A stretch of 64,000 bases of DNA, from positions 512,001-576,000 of the forward strand of contig CAVPSJ010000004.1 in the NCBI GenBank assembly GCA_963708295.1, given 5' to 3'. The notes under the pieces are model-generated. The model made no database searches and had not been told where the DNA came from. It saw only the letters and a list, made by a program, of their open reading frames with translations. Position 1 is the first letter of the stretch, and every line of letters begins with the position of its first letter. Positions 42,331-51,371 of this stretch are shown piece by piece. The stretch is from an uncultured delta proteobacterium. Lineage in GTDB: Bacteria > Desulfobacterota > BSN033 > UBA1163. The position numbers and the translations under genes are program-made.

Positions 42331-44322
42331 ATGCTCGAAAATGTCTGGTTGATCCCCCTGTTTCCGGCGATCGGCTTTATCATTAATGGGCTCTTCGGCA
42401 GAAGCTTGGGGAAGAAAGTGGTCAGTTGGGTGGGCCCCTCAGTGATCGGGCTTTCCTTTCTCACCTCCATCCTCATCTTCTTCGAATTGATCGGGAAACC
42501 CCCTGCGGAACGTTTCTTTGAGAAAGTCATTTTCGATTGGGTAGTCTCGGGTTCCTTTCAAACGGTCATCGGTTACCAGATCGACCCTCTCTCCATTCTG
42601 ATGGCCCTGGTGGTCACCGGGGTCAGTTTCTTCATCCACATCTACTCGGTAGGGTATATGCACGATGATCCCGGGTTTACCCGGTATTTCACCTACCTCA
42701 ACCTCTTCGTCTTCATGATGCTCAACCTCATCCTGGCCAACAACTTTTTGCTGATGTTTGTCGGATGGGAGGGCGTCGGCCTCTGCTCCTATCTCTTAAT
42801 CGGATTCTGGTATGAAAAGGATTCCGCCTCCAATGCGGGGAAGAAAGCCTTTGTGGTCAACCGGGTGGGTGACTTTGGGTTCCTTGTCGGGATCTTTCTC
42901 CTCTTCACCAGCCTCGGAAAACACGGGATATGGACATTAGATTTTACCGAAGTCTTCGCCAATGCGAGCAAGCTTGATCCGGGGACGGTAACCGCCATTA
43001 CGATTTTGCTCTTTATCGGCGCCTGTGGGAAATCAGCTCAGATTCCCATCTATGTTTGGCTTCCTGACGCCATGGAAGGCCCGACACCCGTCAGCTCCCT
43101 CATCCATGCGGCCACCATGGTCACCGCCGGGGTCTATATGGTCGCCCGGTGCAACGTGCTCTACAGCATGGCGCCCATCGCCATGGCGGTCGTCGCCATC
43201 ATCGGTGTCGCTACGGCCATTTTCACCGCTTCTATCGGAATCTGTCAGACCGACATCAAGAAGGTTCTGGCCTACTCGACCATCAGTCAACTGGGCTATA
43301 TGTTTTTGGGCGTGGGCGTGGGTGCCTTCAGCGCAGGAGTATTTCATCTGATGACGCATGCGTTCTTTAAGGGGCTTCTCTTCCTCGGCGCCGGGAGTGT
43401 CATGCATGCGTTGAGTGGCGAATTAGATATGAGAAAGATGGGAGCCCTCAGGAAGAAGATTCCTTACACGTTCTGGACTTTCTTCATCGCTTGCCTTGCG
43501 ATTGCCGGAATTTTTCCTTTTTCAGGCTTCTTCAGCAAAGATGAGATCCTCTGGCAGGCTTTTTCCAGCTCTCACGGCCACTGGTTGTTGTGGGCGGTCG
43601 CGGCTCTTGCCGCCGGCATGACCGCCTTTTATATGTTCAGGGCTTTGTTCATGGCCTTCTTCGGGGAGTCCAGGGTCGATCACAATGTCGCCCATCATAT
43701 CCATGAATCACCGAGGATTATGACCGTGCCTTTGATGGTCCTCGCGGTTCTATCCATTATTGGAGGATGGATTGGTTGGCCGCATGTTTTAGGAGGAGCT
43801 AACCATATCCATGAATTTCTGGCACCTGTCGTGGGAGGTGGGATTGAACCTGCCAAAGCCCATGCCGGGATCTCAATCCTCTCGCAGGCCTGGGCATCGG
43901 GCGGAGAGACGGGGGGACATTCGGCTGCCCTGGAATTTCTCATGATGGCAATCTCTGTGGTCATTGCCCTCATCGGAATCGGGATCGCTTATCTCTTCTA
44001 TGTGAAGAACCCGGCCCTTCCTAAAATGGCGGCCGAGAAGTGGAAGCGGCTCTATAAACTGGTCTACAACAAATATTATGTTGATGAACTCTATGAAATC
44101 CTCTTCATCAACTCTCTTAAGAATTTGGGCACCGGGCTCTGGAAAGGGTTCGATGAGTTCGTCATTGATGGTACGATCAACGGCATTGCCTATTTCATCG
44201 GTTTACTCTCCGGGGTCATGAGAAAAATGCAGACAGGCCTGGTCCAAAACTACGCGTTTTCAATGATCATCGGTGGAATTGTCGTCGCGGCCTACTATAT
44301 TGTGCGGGCTATATTCTATTAA
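42331..44322 (+). CDS. nuoL: NADH-quinone oxidoreductase subunit L
   Basis: GWEGVGLCSYLLIGFW, WLPDAMEGPTPVS and THAFFK motifs. Confidence 0.95.
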   Translation: MLENVWLIPLFPAIGFIINGLFGRSLGKKVVSWVGPSVIGLSFLTSILIFFELIGKPPAERFFEKVIFDWVVSGSFQTVIGYQIDPLSILMALVVTGVSFFIHIYSVGYMHDDPGFTRYFTYLNLFVFMMLNLILANNFLLMFVGWEGVGLCSYLLIGFWYEKDSASNAGKKAFVVNRVGDFGFLVGIFLLFTSLGKHGIWTLDFTEVFANASKLDPGTVTAITILLFIGACGKSAQIPIYVWLPDAMEGPTPVSSLIHAATMVTAGVYMVARCNVLYSMAPIAMAVVAIIGVATAIFTASIGICQTDIKKVLAYSTISQLGYMFLGVGVGAFSAGVFHLMTHAFFKGLLFLGAGSVMHALSGELDMRKMGALRKKIPYTFWTFFIACLAIAGIFPFSGFFSKDEILWQAFSSSHGHWLLWAVAALAAGMTAFYMFRALFMAFFGESRVDHNVAHHIHESPRIMTVPLMVLAVLSIIGGWIGWPHVLGGANHIHEFLAPVVGGGIEPAKAHAGISILSQAWASGGETGGHSAALEFLMMAISVVIALIGIGIAYLFYVKNPALPKMAAEKWKRLYKLVYNKYYVDELYEILFINSLKNLGTGLWKGFDEFVIDGTINGIAYFIGLLSGVMRKMQTGLVQNYAFSMIIGGIVVAAYYIVRAIFY

Positions 44323-44436
44323 AATCCCCCTCAATCCCCCTTTTCCAAAGGGGGAGGTTGCTCCTCCCTTTCGTAAAGCCTGCCTGCCGGTAGGCATGGG
44401 AGGCTGGGAGGGATTTAGGAAAAAGGAGTCGATTTC

Positions 44437-45984
44437 ATGACAATTCTGGGTATCCCCATTCTATCACTACTCATTTTCTTTCCAATCTTGGGGGCCGTTG
44501 TTCTCCTCTTCATCAACAAAGAGAATGCGACGGCGATCCGGTGGATCGCTCTCATCTTTGCGTTCGTCGAATTTATTTTCTCGCTGCCCCTCTTCTTCTC
44601 ATTCGATCCCAAGACAGCCGCGATGCAATTCGTGGAGGATTGGTGGTGGATTCAGAGTTATGGGATCAGTTACAAATTGGGCATCGATGGAATCAGTCTC
44701 CTCCTGGTCCTCCTGACCACCTTTTTGACGATCCTTTGCATCCTGTGCTCCTGGACTGCCATCACCTTCCGGGTCAAAGAATTCATGATTTCGTTCCTCT
44801 TCCTGGAGACAGGAATGCTGGGTGCCCTGGTGGCCCTCGATCTCGTCCTTTTCTATGTCTTCTGGGAAGTGATGCTCATTCCGATGTACCTCCTCATCGG
44901 TGTCTGGGGTGATCCCAAGAGACGGATCTATGCAGCCGTCAAGTTCTTCCTCTTTACCATGGCCGGAAGCGTGCTGATGCTGGTTGCGATCTTGGCCGTC
45001 TATTTTCTCAATCAGAAGGCAACGGGCGTCTCCACCTTTGACGTGCTCGAACTCTATAAGCTGGGATTGCCCGTTGGAACGCAGTACTGGCTCTTCGGGG
45101 CCTTTGCTCTGGCCTTTGCCATCAAAGTTCCCATGTTTCCATTTCACACCTGGTTGCCAGATGCCCATACCGAGGCGCCGACCGCTGGAAGTGTGATCCT
45201 GGCAGGTGTCTTGTTGAAGATGGGAACTTACGGATTCATCCGATTTGCCATACCGCTGTTTCCGAAGGCAGCCGTTGATCTTTTACCCATCGTCTCCGTT
45301 CTGGCGATCGTAGGGATCATCTACGGCGCATTGGTCTCGATGATGCAGCCCGATCTGAAGCGACTGGTTGCCTTTTCGAGCGTGAGCCATCTGGGATACG
45401 TCATGCTCGGAATGTTCGCCTTCAATACGCAAGGCATCCAGGGATCGATCTATCAGATGCTCAACCACGGCATCAGCACGGGGTCCCTCTTTTTGATCGT
45501 CGGGATGATCTATGAGCGCCGTCACACACGGTTGATCGCCGACTTTGGAGGACTCTCGAAGGTGATGCCAATCTATGCTGTCTTCTTTATGATCGTGACC
45601 CTCTCGTCGATCGGCCTGCCGGGGACGAATGGGTTTGTAGGAGAGTTTCTGATCCTTCTCGGGGCATTTCAGTCCAATGCTGTCTACGGGGTATTGGCCA
45701 CCACAGGCGTTATCCTGGGAGCCGCTTACATGCTGTGGATGTTTCAGAGGGTGATGTTTGGGAAGATCACCCGGCCTGAAAATGAAAAGCTAAAAGACCT
45801 CAATGCTCGAGAGATTGCCATCCTCGTCCCGATGGTCCTCATGATCTTCCTCATGGGAATCTATCCCAAACTTTTCCTCAGCAAGATGGATGCCAGCGTG
45901 GAGAAGTTTATAAAGGATTTCAAGGGAAGGGTTGAAATGAAAGCAGACCTTCCCTCGCAAAAGGTGGCAGAAATCAAAAAATAA
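44437..45984 (+). CDS. nuoM: NADH-quinone oxidoreductase subunit M
   Basis: [19 protein letters not shown] and LLKMGTYG motifs. Confidence 0.95.
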   Translation: MTILGIPILSLLIFFPILGAVVLLFINKENATAIRWIALIFAFVEFIFSLPLFFSFDPKTAAMQFVEDWWWIQSYGISYKLGIDGISLLLVLLTTFLTILCILCSWTAITFRVKEFMISFLFLETGMLGALVALDLVLFYVFWEVMLIPMYLLIGVWGDPKRRIYAAVKFFLFTMAGSVLMLVAILAVYFLNQKATGVSTFDVLELYKLGLPVGTQYWLFGAFALAFAIKVPMFPFHTWLPDAHTEAPTAGSVILAGVLLKMGTYGFIRFAIPLFPKAAVDLLPIVSVLAIVGIIYGALVSMMQPDLKRLVAFSSVSHLGYVMLGMFAFNTQGIQGSIYQMLNHGISTGSLFLIVGMIYERRHTRLIADFGGLSKVMPIYAVFFMIVTLSSIGLPGTNGFVGEFLILLGAFQSNAVYGVLATTGVILGAAYMLWMFQRVMFGKITRPENEKLKDLNAREIAILVPMVLMIFLMGIYPKLFLSKMDASVEKFIKDFKGRVEMKADLPSQKVAEIKK

Positions 45985-46120
45985 AAATTCGAAACACGAA
46001 ATCCGAAATTCGAAACAAATTCGAATGACCGAAAAAAATTCAAAACTGGCAAAAAGAGGACGTTTGAAAAATTTGATATTTGGATTTGTTTCGGGTTTCG
46101 ATATTCGAATTTCGGATTTA
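45985..46120. repeat. Palindromic 7-nt-periodic element, copy 3
   Basis: AAATTCGAAACACGAAATCCGAAATTCGAAACAA...TTGTTTCGGGTTTCGATATTCGAATTTCGGATTT. Confidence 0.85.
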
Positions 46121-46143
46121 TGAGTTAGTGACGGAGGGTTTTA

Positions 46144-47595
46144 ATGAGAATACCAGAAATTGACCTTTATCTCATTGCACCGGAGATTATCATCACTGCT
46201 TTCGGTTTTTTGGTGCTTCTGTTGGATGTCTTTTTACCCAAAGGGGAGAGAAAGAGTTACCTCGGAGTGATCAGCCTCGTCGGGATCGTTTTCGCCGGTA
46301 TTTATACTTTCCCGCAGATGGGGTCTATCCGATCGGGTTTTGAAGGAATGTTCGTCTCGGATGGCTATGCACTCTTTTTTAAGCTCACTTTTCTGATCAT
46401 TGCCTTTTTGACCGTCCTGATCTCCATGGGTTACATCCACAGGGAAATGATCGAGTTTGGGGAATATTATGCCTTGATCCTTTTTGCAACCCTCGGGATG
46501 ATGCTGATGGCAGCCGGATCCCACCTGATCACCATCTTCCTCGGGCTGGAAACGATGTCCATTTCCATCTACGTCCTGGCCGGAATGATGCGAGAGGACA
46601 AGAGGTCCGTGGAAGCGGCGTTGAAATATTTTCTGCTGGGCGCCTTTGCCACAGGATTCCTCCTCTATGGCATTGCCCTGATCTATGGCGCCACAGGAAC
46701 CCTTTATCTGAAAGACATCGCTGCTTATGTCGCTTCTAAGAACCTGTTAAGAAGCCCGATGCTCCTGATGAGCCTTGTTTTTCTCACCATTGGTTTTGGT
46801 TTCAAGATTGCTTCTGTTCCTTTCCATATGTGGACGCCTGATGTCTATGAAGGCGCTCCGACTTCTATTACTGCTTTTATGGCCACGGGGGTGAAGGCAG
46901 CTGCTTTTTCAGCATTGGTGAGGGTATTCTTCTCCGCCTTGCCGGCCTTTCGTGCGGATTGGACCTCGATCATGTGGGTGATTTGCGTGGCGACGATGAC
47001 GGTCGGAAATATTGTGGCGATCTCCCAGACCAATATCAAACGGATGCTCGCTTACTCGAGCATCGCTCATGCGGGCTACATTCTGGTCGCCTTTGTTGCG
47101 GGAAACGATTTAGGGACTTCGGGCATCCTTTTCTATCTCATGACCTATGCCTTCATGAACATCGGCGCCTTTACCGTGGTCATCCTTCTCGGGAAGAAGG
47201 GAGAAGAGAATACCCTGATTAGTGATTATGCGGGGATTGGGTTCAAATACCCGCTCCTGGCTGCCTCCATGACCATCTTTCTCCTCTCCATGGCAGGCAT
47301 TCCTCCTCTGGGAGGATTCATGGCCAAATTCTATATCTTCAGCGCAGCGGTAAAATCAAAATTTTATTGGCTGGCCATAATCGGGGTCCTGAATAGTGCT
47401 GTGTCGGTTTACTACTATCTCCGGGTCACCGTGCTGATGTATTTCAGAGAATCCGAGCGGGAGATCACCGGCCTCCAATTCTCGCCCGCTTCTGTGCTCG
47501 CATTGATTTTGGCCGTCATCGGAACGCTTTACTTGGGAATCTTTCCCGCCAACGTCCTCTCCTTAGCTCAACGATCGATTGCGGGGTTGATGTAA
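46144..47595 (+). CDS. nuoN: NADH-quinone oxidoreductase subunit N
   Basis: EAALKYFLLG, PFHMWTPDVYEGAPT and KRMLAYSSIAH motifs. Confidence 0.95.
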   Translation: MRIPEIDLYLIAPEIIITAFGFLVLLLDVFLPKGERKSYLGVISLVGIVFAGIYTFPQMGSIRSGFEGMFVSDGYALFFKLTFLIIAFLTVLISMGYIHREMIEFGEYYALILFATLGMMLMAAGSHLITIFLGLETMSISIYVLAGMMREDKRSVEAALKYFLLGAFATGFLLYGIALIYGATGTLYLKDIAAYVASKNLLRSPMLLMSLVFLTIGFGFKIASVPFHMWTPDVYEGAPTSITAFMATGVKAAAFSALVRVFFSALPAFRADWTSIMWVICVATMTVGNIVAISQTNIKRMLAYSSIAHAGYILVAFVAGNDLGTSGILFYLMTYAFMNIGAFTVVILLGKKGEENTLISDYAGIGFKYPLLAASMTIFLLSMAGIPPLGGFMAKFYIFSAAVKSKFYWLAIIGVLNSAVSVYYYLRVTVLMYFRESEREITGLQFSPASVLALILAVIGTLYLGIFPANVLSLAQRSIAGLM

Positions 47596-47792
47596 CTTCT
47601 GGCCCCATAAATTCTTACGAAAACGATGTGGTGTCGATATTCCTGCCTGCTGAGAGGCAGGTATTGTAGACGCTGTTTTTGATTGACGGAATTTCCCTCC
47701 CTATCCCTCTCCCCTTCGAGGGGAGAGGGATAGGGTGAGGGGTACTCGCCTTACACTTTTTTTCGATATATATAAGAATAAGAGGGAGTGAA

Positions 47793-48002
47793 ATGAAACG
47801 TACCACCATTGTTATTGACGAAAAGCTAATAAAGGACGGATTAAAGGCAACGGGTCTGAAAACCTGTGGAGCTTTGGTTGACTATGCACTCTGTGACCTT
47901 CTTCGTCGTGAATCCCCCAAAAGAATTTTAGAGTTAAAAGAGAAGGAGCGGAAACAGCGCGAAGGTTATAAGCGTAAACCCGTTAAACGGGGAGAATTCT
48001 GA
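47793..48002 (+). CDS. VapB-like antitoxin (orphan, probably 3'-altered)
   Basis: MKRTTIVIDEKL...GLKT..LVDYAL pattern; no PIN-domain toxin follows. Confidence 0.6.
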   Translation: MKRTTIVIDEKLIKDGLKATGLKTCGALVDYALCDLLRRESPKRILELKEKERKQREGYKRKPVKRGEF

Positions 48003-48063
48003 GATTGGAAAGTGGAGCAGATCTCGGTAGAACCATGAGAAGGGGTGGAGTCTGTTGACTGCA

Positions 48064-48486
48064 ATGGATAAATATGAAGAACAAGAGAAAAGGATAGCCC
48101 GCATGCTGGGAACCAAGAAGCTCGATGTGACCAGAAAGACATTGAGTACCTATCTTAAATACCTGAAAAACCATGTTGAGATTCCATGTCAACTCACTGG
48201 TATCGAAGACTTCGAATGGGAAGAACCCTATGTCTTTGGTTTCAGAAGTAAAAGCGAATACGAGGAATTAAAAAAGACCCAACCATCTTATAAAGATAAA
48301 TTTAATTTGATTAGGTTTATAGATGAGATAGACGACTATTACGATGGTATTTTTGTTCATGTCCAGCGCATGTCCGATAAAAAGAAATTTATCCTTCCTT
48401 TAGCAGACCTGAAATCAGCGGACAGGAAATCCAAGAATTACCAATTGCTGGATGACTATTCTGTTTGGTTTGTAAACAATAGATAG
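48064..48486 (+). CDS. CcbP-like hypothetical protein
   Basis: LTGIEDFEWEE..KKFILPLADL..NYQLLDDYSVWFVN. Confidence 0.6.
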   Translation: MDKYEEQEKRIARMLGTKKLDVTRKTLSTYLKYLKNHVEIPCQLTGIEDFEWEEPYVFGFRSKSEYEELKKTQPSYKDKFNLIRFIDEIDDYYDGIFVHVQRMSDKKKFILPLADLKSADRKSKNYQLLDDYSVWFVNNR

Positions 48487-48533
48487 ATATTGATACATTC
48501 TTGGAGAATCTACCGGATAAGGAAAAGGAGAAC

Positions 48534-49781
48534 ATGAAGATTGCTCCGCATATTGACAGGTTTGGTGACATAAGGAAGATGTTGGTGGATTACTTTCAAT
48601 ATGTGCTCCTCAAAAAGGATGACGCACTAAAGAAGGCTTTCCTCAAAGCCTCAAGAGAGAAATATGGGGATCCATTGGTCATCGACTCGGAAGACGGATT
48701 TCACGAATTTACTGATAATTTTGTGTATGCTTACAGATTTACTAACGATCTGACAGTGATTGACCGATTTGTTTCTGAGGCTGCCGATCTCGGTGAAAAG
48801 GAGAAGGCAATCGTTTTAAGATGGAAAGACCCTGTGGTAGGAATATTTCAAGTCAAAAGCACGCTTCCTGACGGTTTTGTTGCAGAGAATTTGATCAATG
48901 AAGTTGAATATAAGATTAAACCCACAACTGTCCCTCGGAAACTTGAACAGCTTGCCAGGCCAAGGGCATTTTTCAAGGCAAAAATCATTCCTGCAAGTGA
49001 CAGCGAGTACATTTTTTCAGGGGTTCAGGAATTCCTTGATATTTCTGAAAAAGAAATGTTGAAAAGGGTTGCCCAGGTTCAAGTGAAACATCCTCAGTTT
49101 GCCTTCCGGGATAACGAGGAAAGAATAAGAAGGGGTTTTGAGCTACAGAAGAAGGACAGAGAATTGTTTGTTGAATATTTTGGGAGTGACGAGGTTCTTA
49201 CGGAAGGTAGAAAACTGCCTGAATTGGCAGCTGCGTTCATGAATTATAGATTGAGTAAGATTGAAAAGCCCCTTCCCGAAGGGTATAAGCCCCCAGAGAT
49301 GAGTTTCCCCAAGGGATTGTTAAAGAGTAAAGATGTGGGAATCGTTTTTGATGAGTTGAGTGGCCAGCACTATCTGGTAAATTACGGTATTATACTGAAC
49401 GTTTTTCAAAACCCTGACGAGTTAAAGATTCAGCGATATAAAAGAGATATTTTGACGTACCTGGAAGACCAAACGATATCACCCCATGTTCTTAGGAGGC
49501 TCTGTTTCAGGTTTCCGCAAAATGCAGAGTTTATCATCCGAAAAATATTGGACAGACCTGAATTCAGCCTTGAAAAGGATTTTGATTCCCTCATGGATGA
49601 GTTTAAACCGTCATTTAAGGGGAAGAGGATATATCCGTACATACTGCCCATGTCCCCGAAGTATGTGAAAGCGATCAAACCAGAACTTCACCAGAAAAAG
49701 AAAGACGAACCGAAAGTTGGAAGAAATGCCCCCTGCCCCTGCGGGAGCGGAAGGAAATATAAGAAATGCTGCGGGAGGTGA
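48534..49781 (+). CDS. SEC-C motif-containing protein
   Basis: C-terminal GRNAPCPCGSGRKYKKCC; RBS AAGGAG. Confidence 0.85.
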   Translation: MKIAPHIDRFGDIRKMLVDYFQYVLLKKDDALKKAFLKASREKYGDPLVIDSEDGFHEFTDNFVYAYRFTNDLTVIDRFVSEAADLGEKEKAIVLRWKDPVVGIFQVKSTLPDGFVAENLINEVEYKIKPTTVPRKLEQLARPRAFFKAKIIPASDSEYIFSGVQEFLDISEKEMLKRVAQVQVKHPQFAFRDNEERIRRGFELQKKDRELFVEYFGSDEVLTEGRKLPELAAAFMNYRLSKIEKPLPEGYKPPEMSFPKGLLKSKDVGIVFDELSGQHYLVNYGIILNVFQNPDELKIQRYKRDILTYLEDQTISPHVLRRLCFRFPQNAEFIIRKILDRPEFSLEKDFDSLMDEFKPSFKGKRIYPYILPMSPKYVKAIKPELHQKKKDEPKVGRNAPCPCGSGRKYKKCCGR

Positions 49782-49994
49782 AAAGGCTTAATCCTCTGGG
49801 AACTCTTCGGTCTACTCCCCTTTTTTTTTGACTTATCAGAGCAAAGGTTCGACCTGCTGGCCAGTGAACAACTTCGTATCAACTTCTTTCTGTACCTTTC
49901 TGTTCCATAATTTTTGAAAATGGCGTATATTACTACCGCAAATGAACAACGGATAGACTGAAGGTTCTGGTCTTCAGGAAAAACAATAGAAATT

Positions 49995-50303
49995 ATGACC
50001 ATTCGATCCGAAATAGATAATAAAAAGCGGAAAGCGATAATATTAGGTTATTCAGGGTTAGCGTTCTTCGTGCTCGGAATGATATTGAGCGACAAATCCA
50101 CTTTTCCAATTTTCCCATTTATTGGATTCGCAATTTTTCTTCTTTCAATACTCTATGTTTTTTGGGGAATACGGTGCCCGAATTGCAGACATCACCTCAC
50201 CCCAATTACTTCTTATGGAAGCCCTTTTTCTATTTCCAAGAAAATCAAATATTGCCCATTTTGCGGGATAGACATAGATTCGGAATCGAAAGTGATAAAA
50301 TAA
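49995..50303 (+). CDS. Small membrane protein with zinc ribbon (gene-cassette-like)
   Basis: Two TMs, CPNC and CPFC; AT-rich; immediately followed by an attC-like site. Confidence 0.65.
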   Translation: MTIRSEIDNKKRKAIILGYSGLAFFVLGMILSDKSTFPIFPFIGFAIFLLSILYVFWGIRCPNCRHHLTPITSYGSPFSISKKIKYCPFCGIDIDSESKVIK

Positions 50304-50304
50304 C

Positions 50305-50367
50305 GTTCAACAAGCAGTTGCACTGGATCGCCGATAAATCGGGCTCCCGGTGAGCTTTTCGTTAGTC
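50305..50367 (+). mobile_element. Integron attC site
   Basis: GTTCAAC (RYYYAAC) ... CACTGG / CCGGTG inner boxes ... GTTAGTC (near GTTRRRY); 63 bp; starts 2 nt after a stop codon. Confidence 0.7.
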
Positions 50368-50397
50368 GGTTTATATACCAAATATAGGGACGAATAA

Positions 50398-50538
50398 ATG
50401 GCCTGGGTTTGCCCTTCTTGCGGCTTCGATGACAATCACGATTCTTCGGTGCGGTGTTTGTGTGGTTACGAAATTTCTATGGGCGGAGAGCGGAATTATT
50501 CAAAAATGAAAGGCATTCTGGATACGGAGCCTGAATAA
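50398..50538 (+). CDS. Short zinc-ribbon ORF, possible cassette remnant
   Basis: MAWVCPSCG..N......CLCG, 46 aa, directly after the attC. Confidence 0.4.
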   Translation: MAWVCPSCGFDDNHDSSVRCLCGYEISMGGERNYSKMKGILDTEPE

Positions 50539-50848
50539 GCATCTCGTTGGACTTGGGAACATTTTGTTGCGGGCTTCCTCGTATCCTTTTTTGTGGGTTT
50601 TATTTCCAGTGTTTTTGGTTTTTCCTGGCTTGGACTGCTTATATTATTTATTATTTGTTTGTTTATAGGGTTTTTGGCAAGCCTTTATGGCGAAAAAGTT
50701 ATTAAGCTCCTTTTTGAACTGATTAGATGGATGTGGTAGGCAACGTTAATGCTTACTTTCAAACCATAATCCTCGCCCTTAAGAACGACGCTCGAACAAA
50801 CATTTGTAGGTGAAATCTTTGCTTGCGGCTTTTCCCTGGGGCTGTCTG

Positions 50849-51211
50849 TCAGGGGTAAGTTGTTTCCAATGAATTTGGAGTTACTTTTGGGGCTGATTGT
50901 TCAGACTCCCTTCCCATCTGCTTTCCCTTTCGTCGCTCCTCTTTCTTTTTCTCTTTTGCCTTCAAAACTTCCTCTATGGATTTAACATCAGGTGGCCTAC
51001 TCCTGCCGAAACGTTTGAGATAGATATCTTCGATGAAGGCGGGCAGCGGTGCTTTCCAGGGCTCTTGTTTCTCATTTGAGATTTTCCCCAATTTTTTAGG
51101 ATTCATGCCGAGTTCTCTCGCCATCTGGATGTGAACATCAGAAAGATGGTATCGCCTTCGAGCATCAATCCATATTTGGTACTTTGCGGGTACCTTATTT
51201 TTCTTGGACAC
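50849..51211 (-). CDS. Conserved hypothetical protein
   Basis: QMARELGMNPKKL..EPWKAPL..FIEDIY.KRF, a pattern I recall from uncharacterised proteins. Confidence 0.7.
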   Translation of the reverse strand: MSKKNKVPAKYQIWIDARRRYHLSDVHIQMARELGMNPKKLGKISNEKQEPWKAPLPAFIEDIYLKRFGRSRPPDVKSIEEVLKAKEKKKEERRKGKQMGRESEQSAPKVTPNSLETTYP

Positions 51212-51371
51212 TCATATACTCCGATATTTTATGGTTTCCAAGCCGAGCCAAAAATCTGGGCAAGTGATTTTGCCAGATTATTCAGGATAAATTCATCTTA
51301 AAGCTAATGATCAGCATCAGTTAGGATCGGCTCTCCTATTTGCTTTAGGGTTTTAGCCCCTGCCTGAAGCC

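Noticed and set aside
34571-46120. Periodic repeats as a CRISPR array
   Set aside because: The copies are dispersed and imperfect, with no repeat-spacer periodicity and no cas genes.
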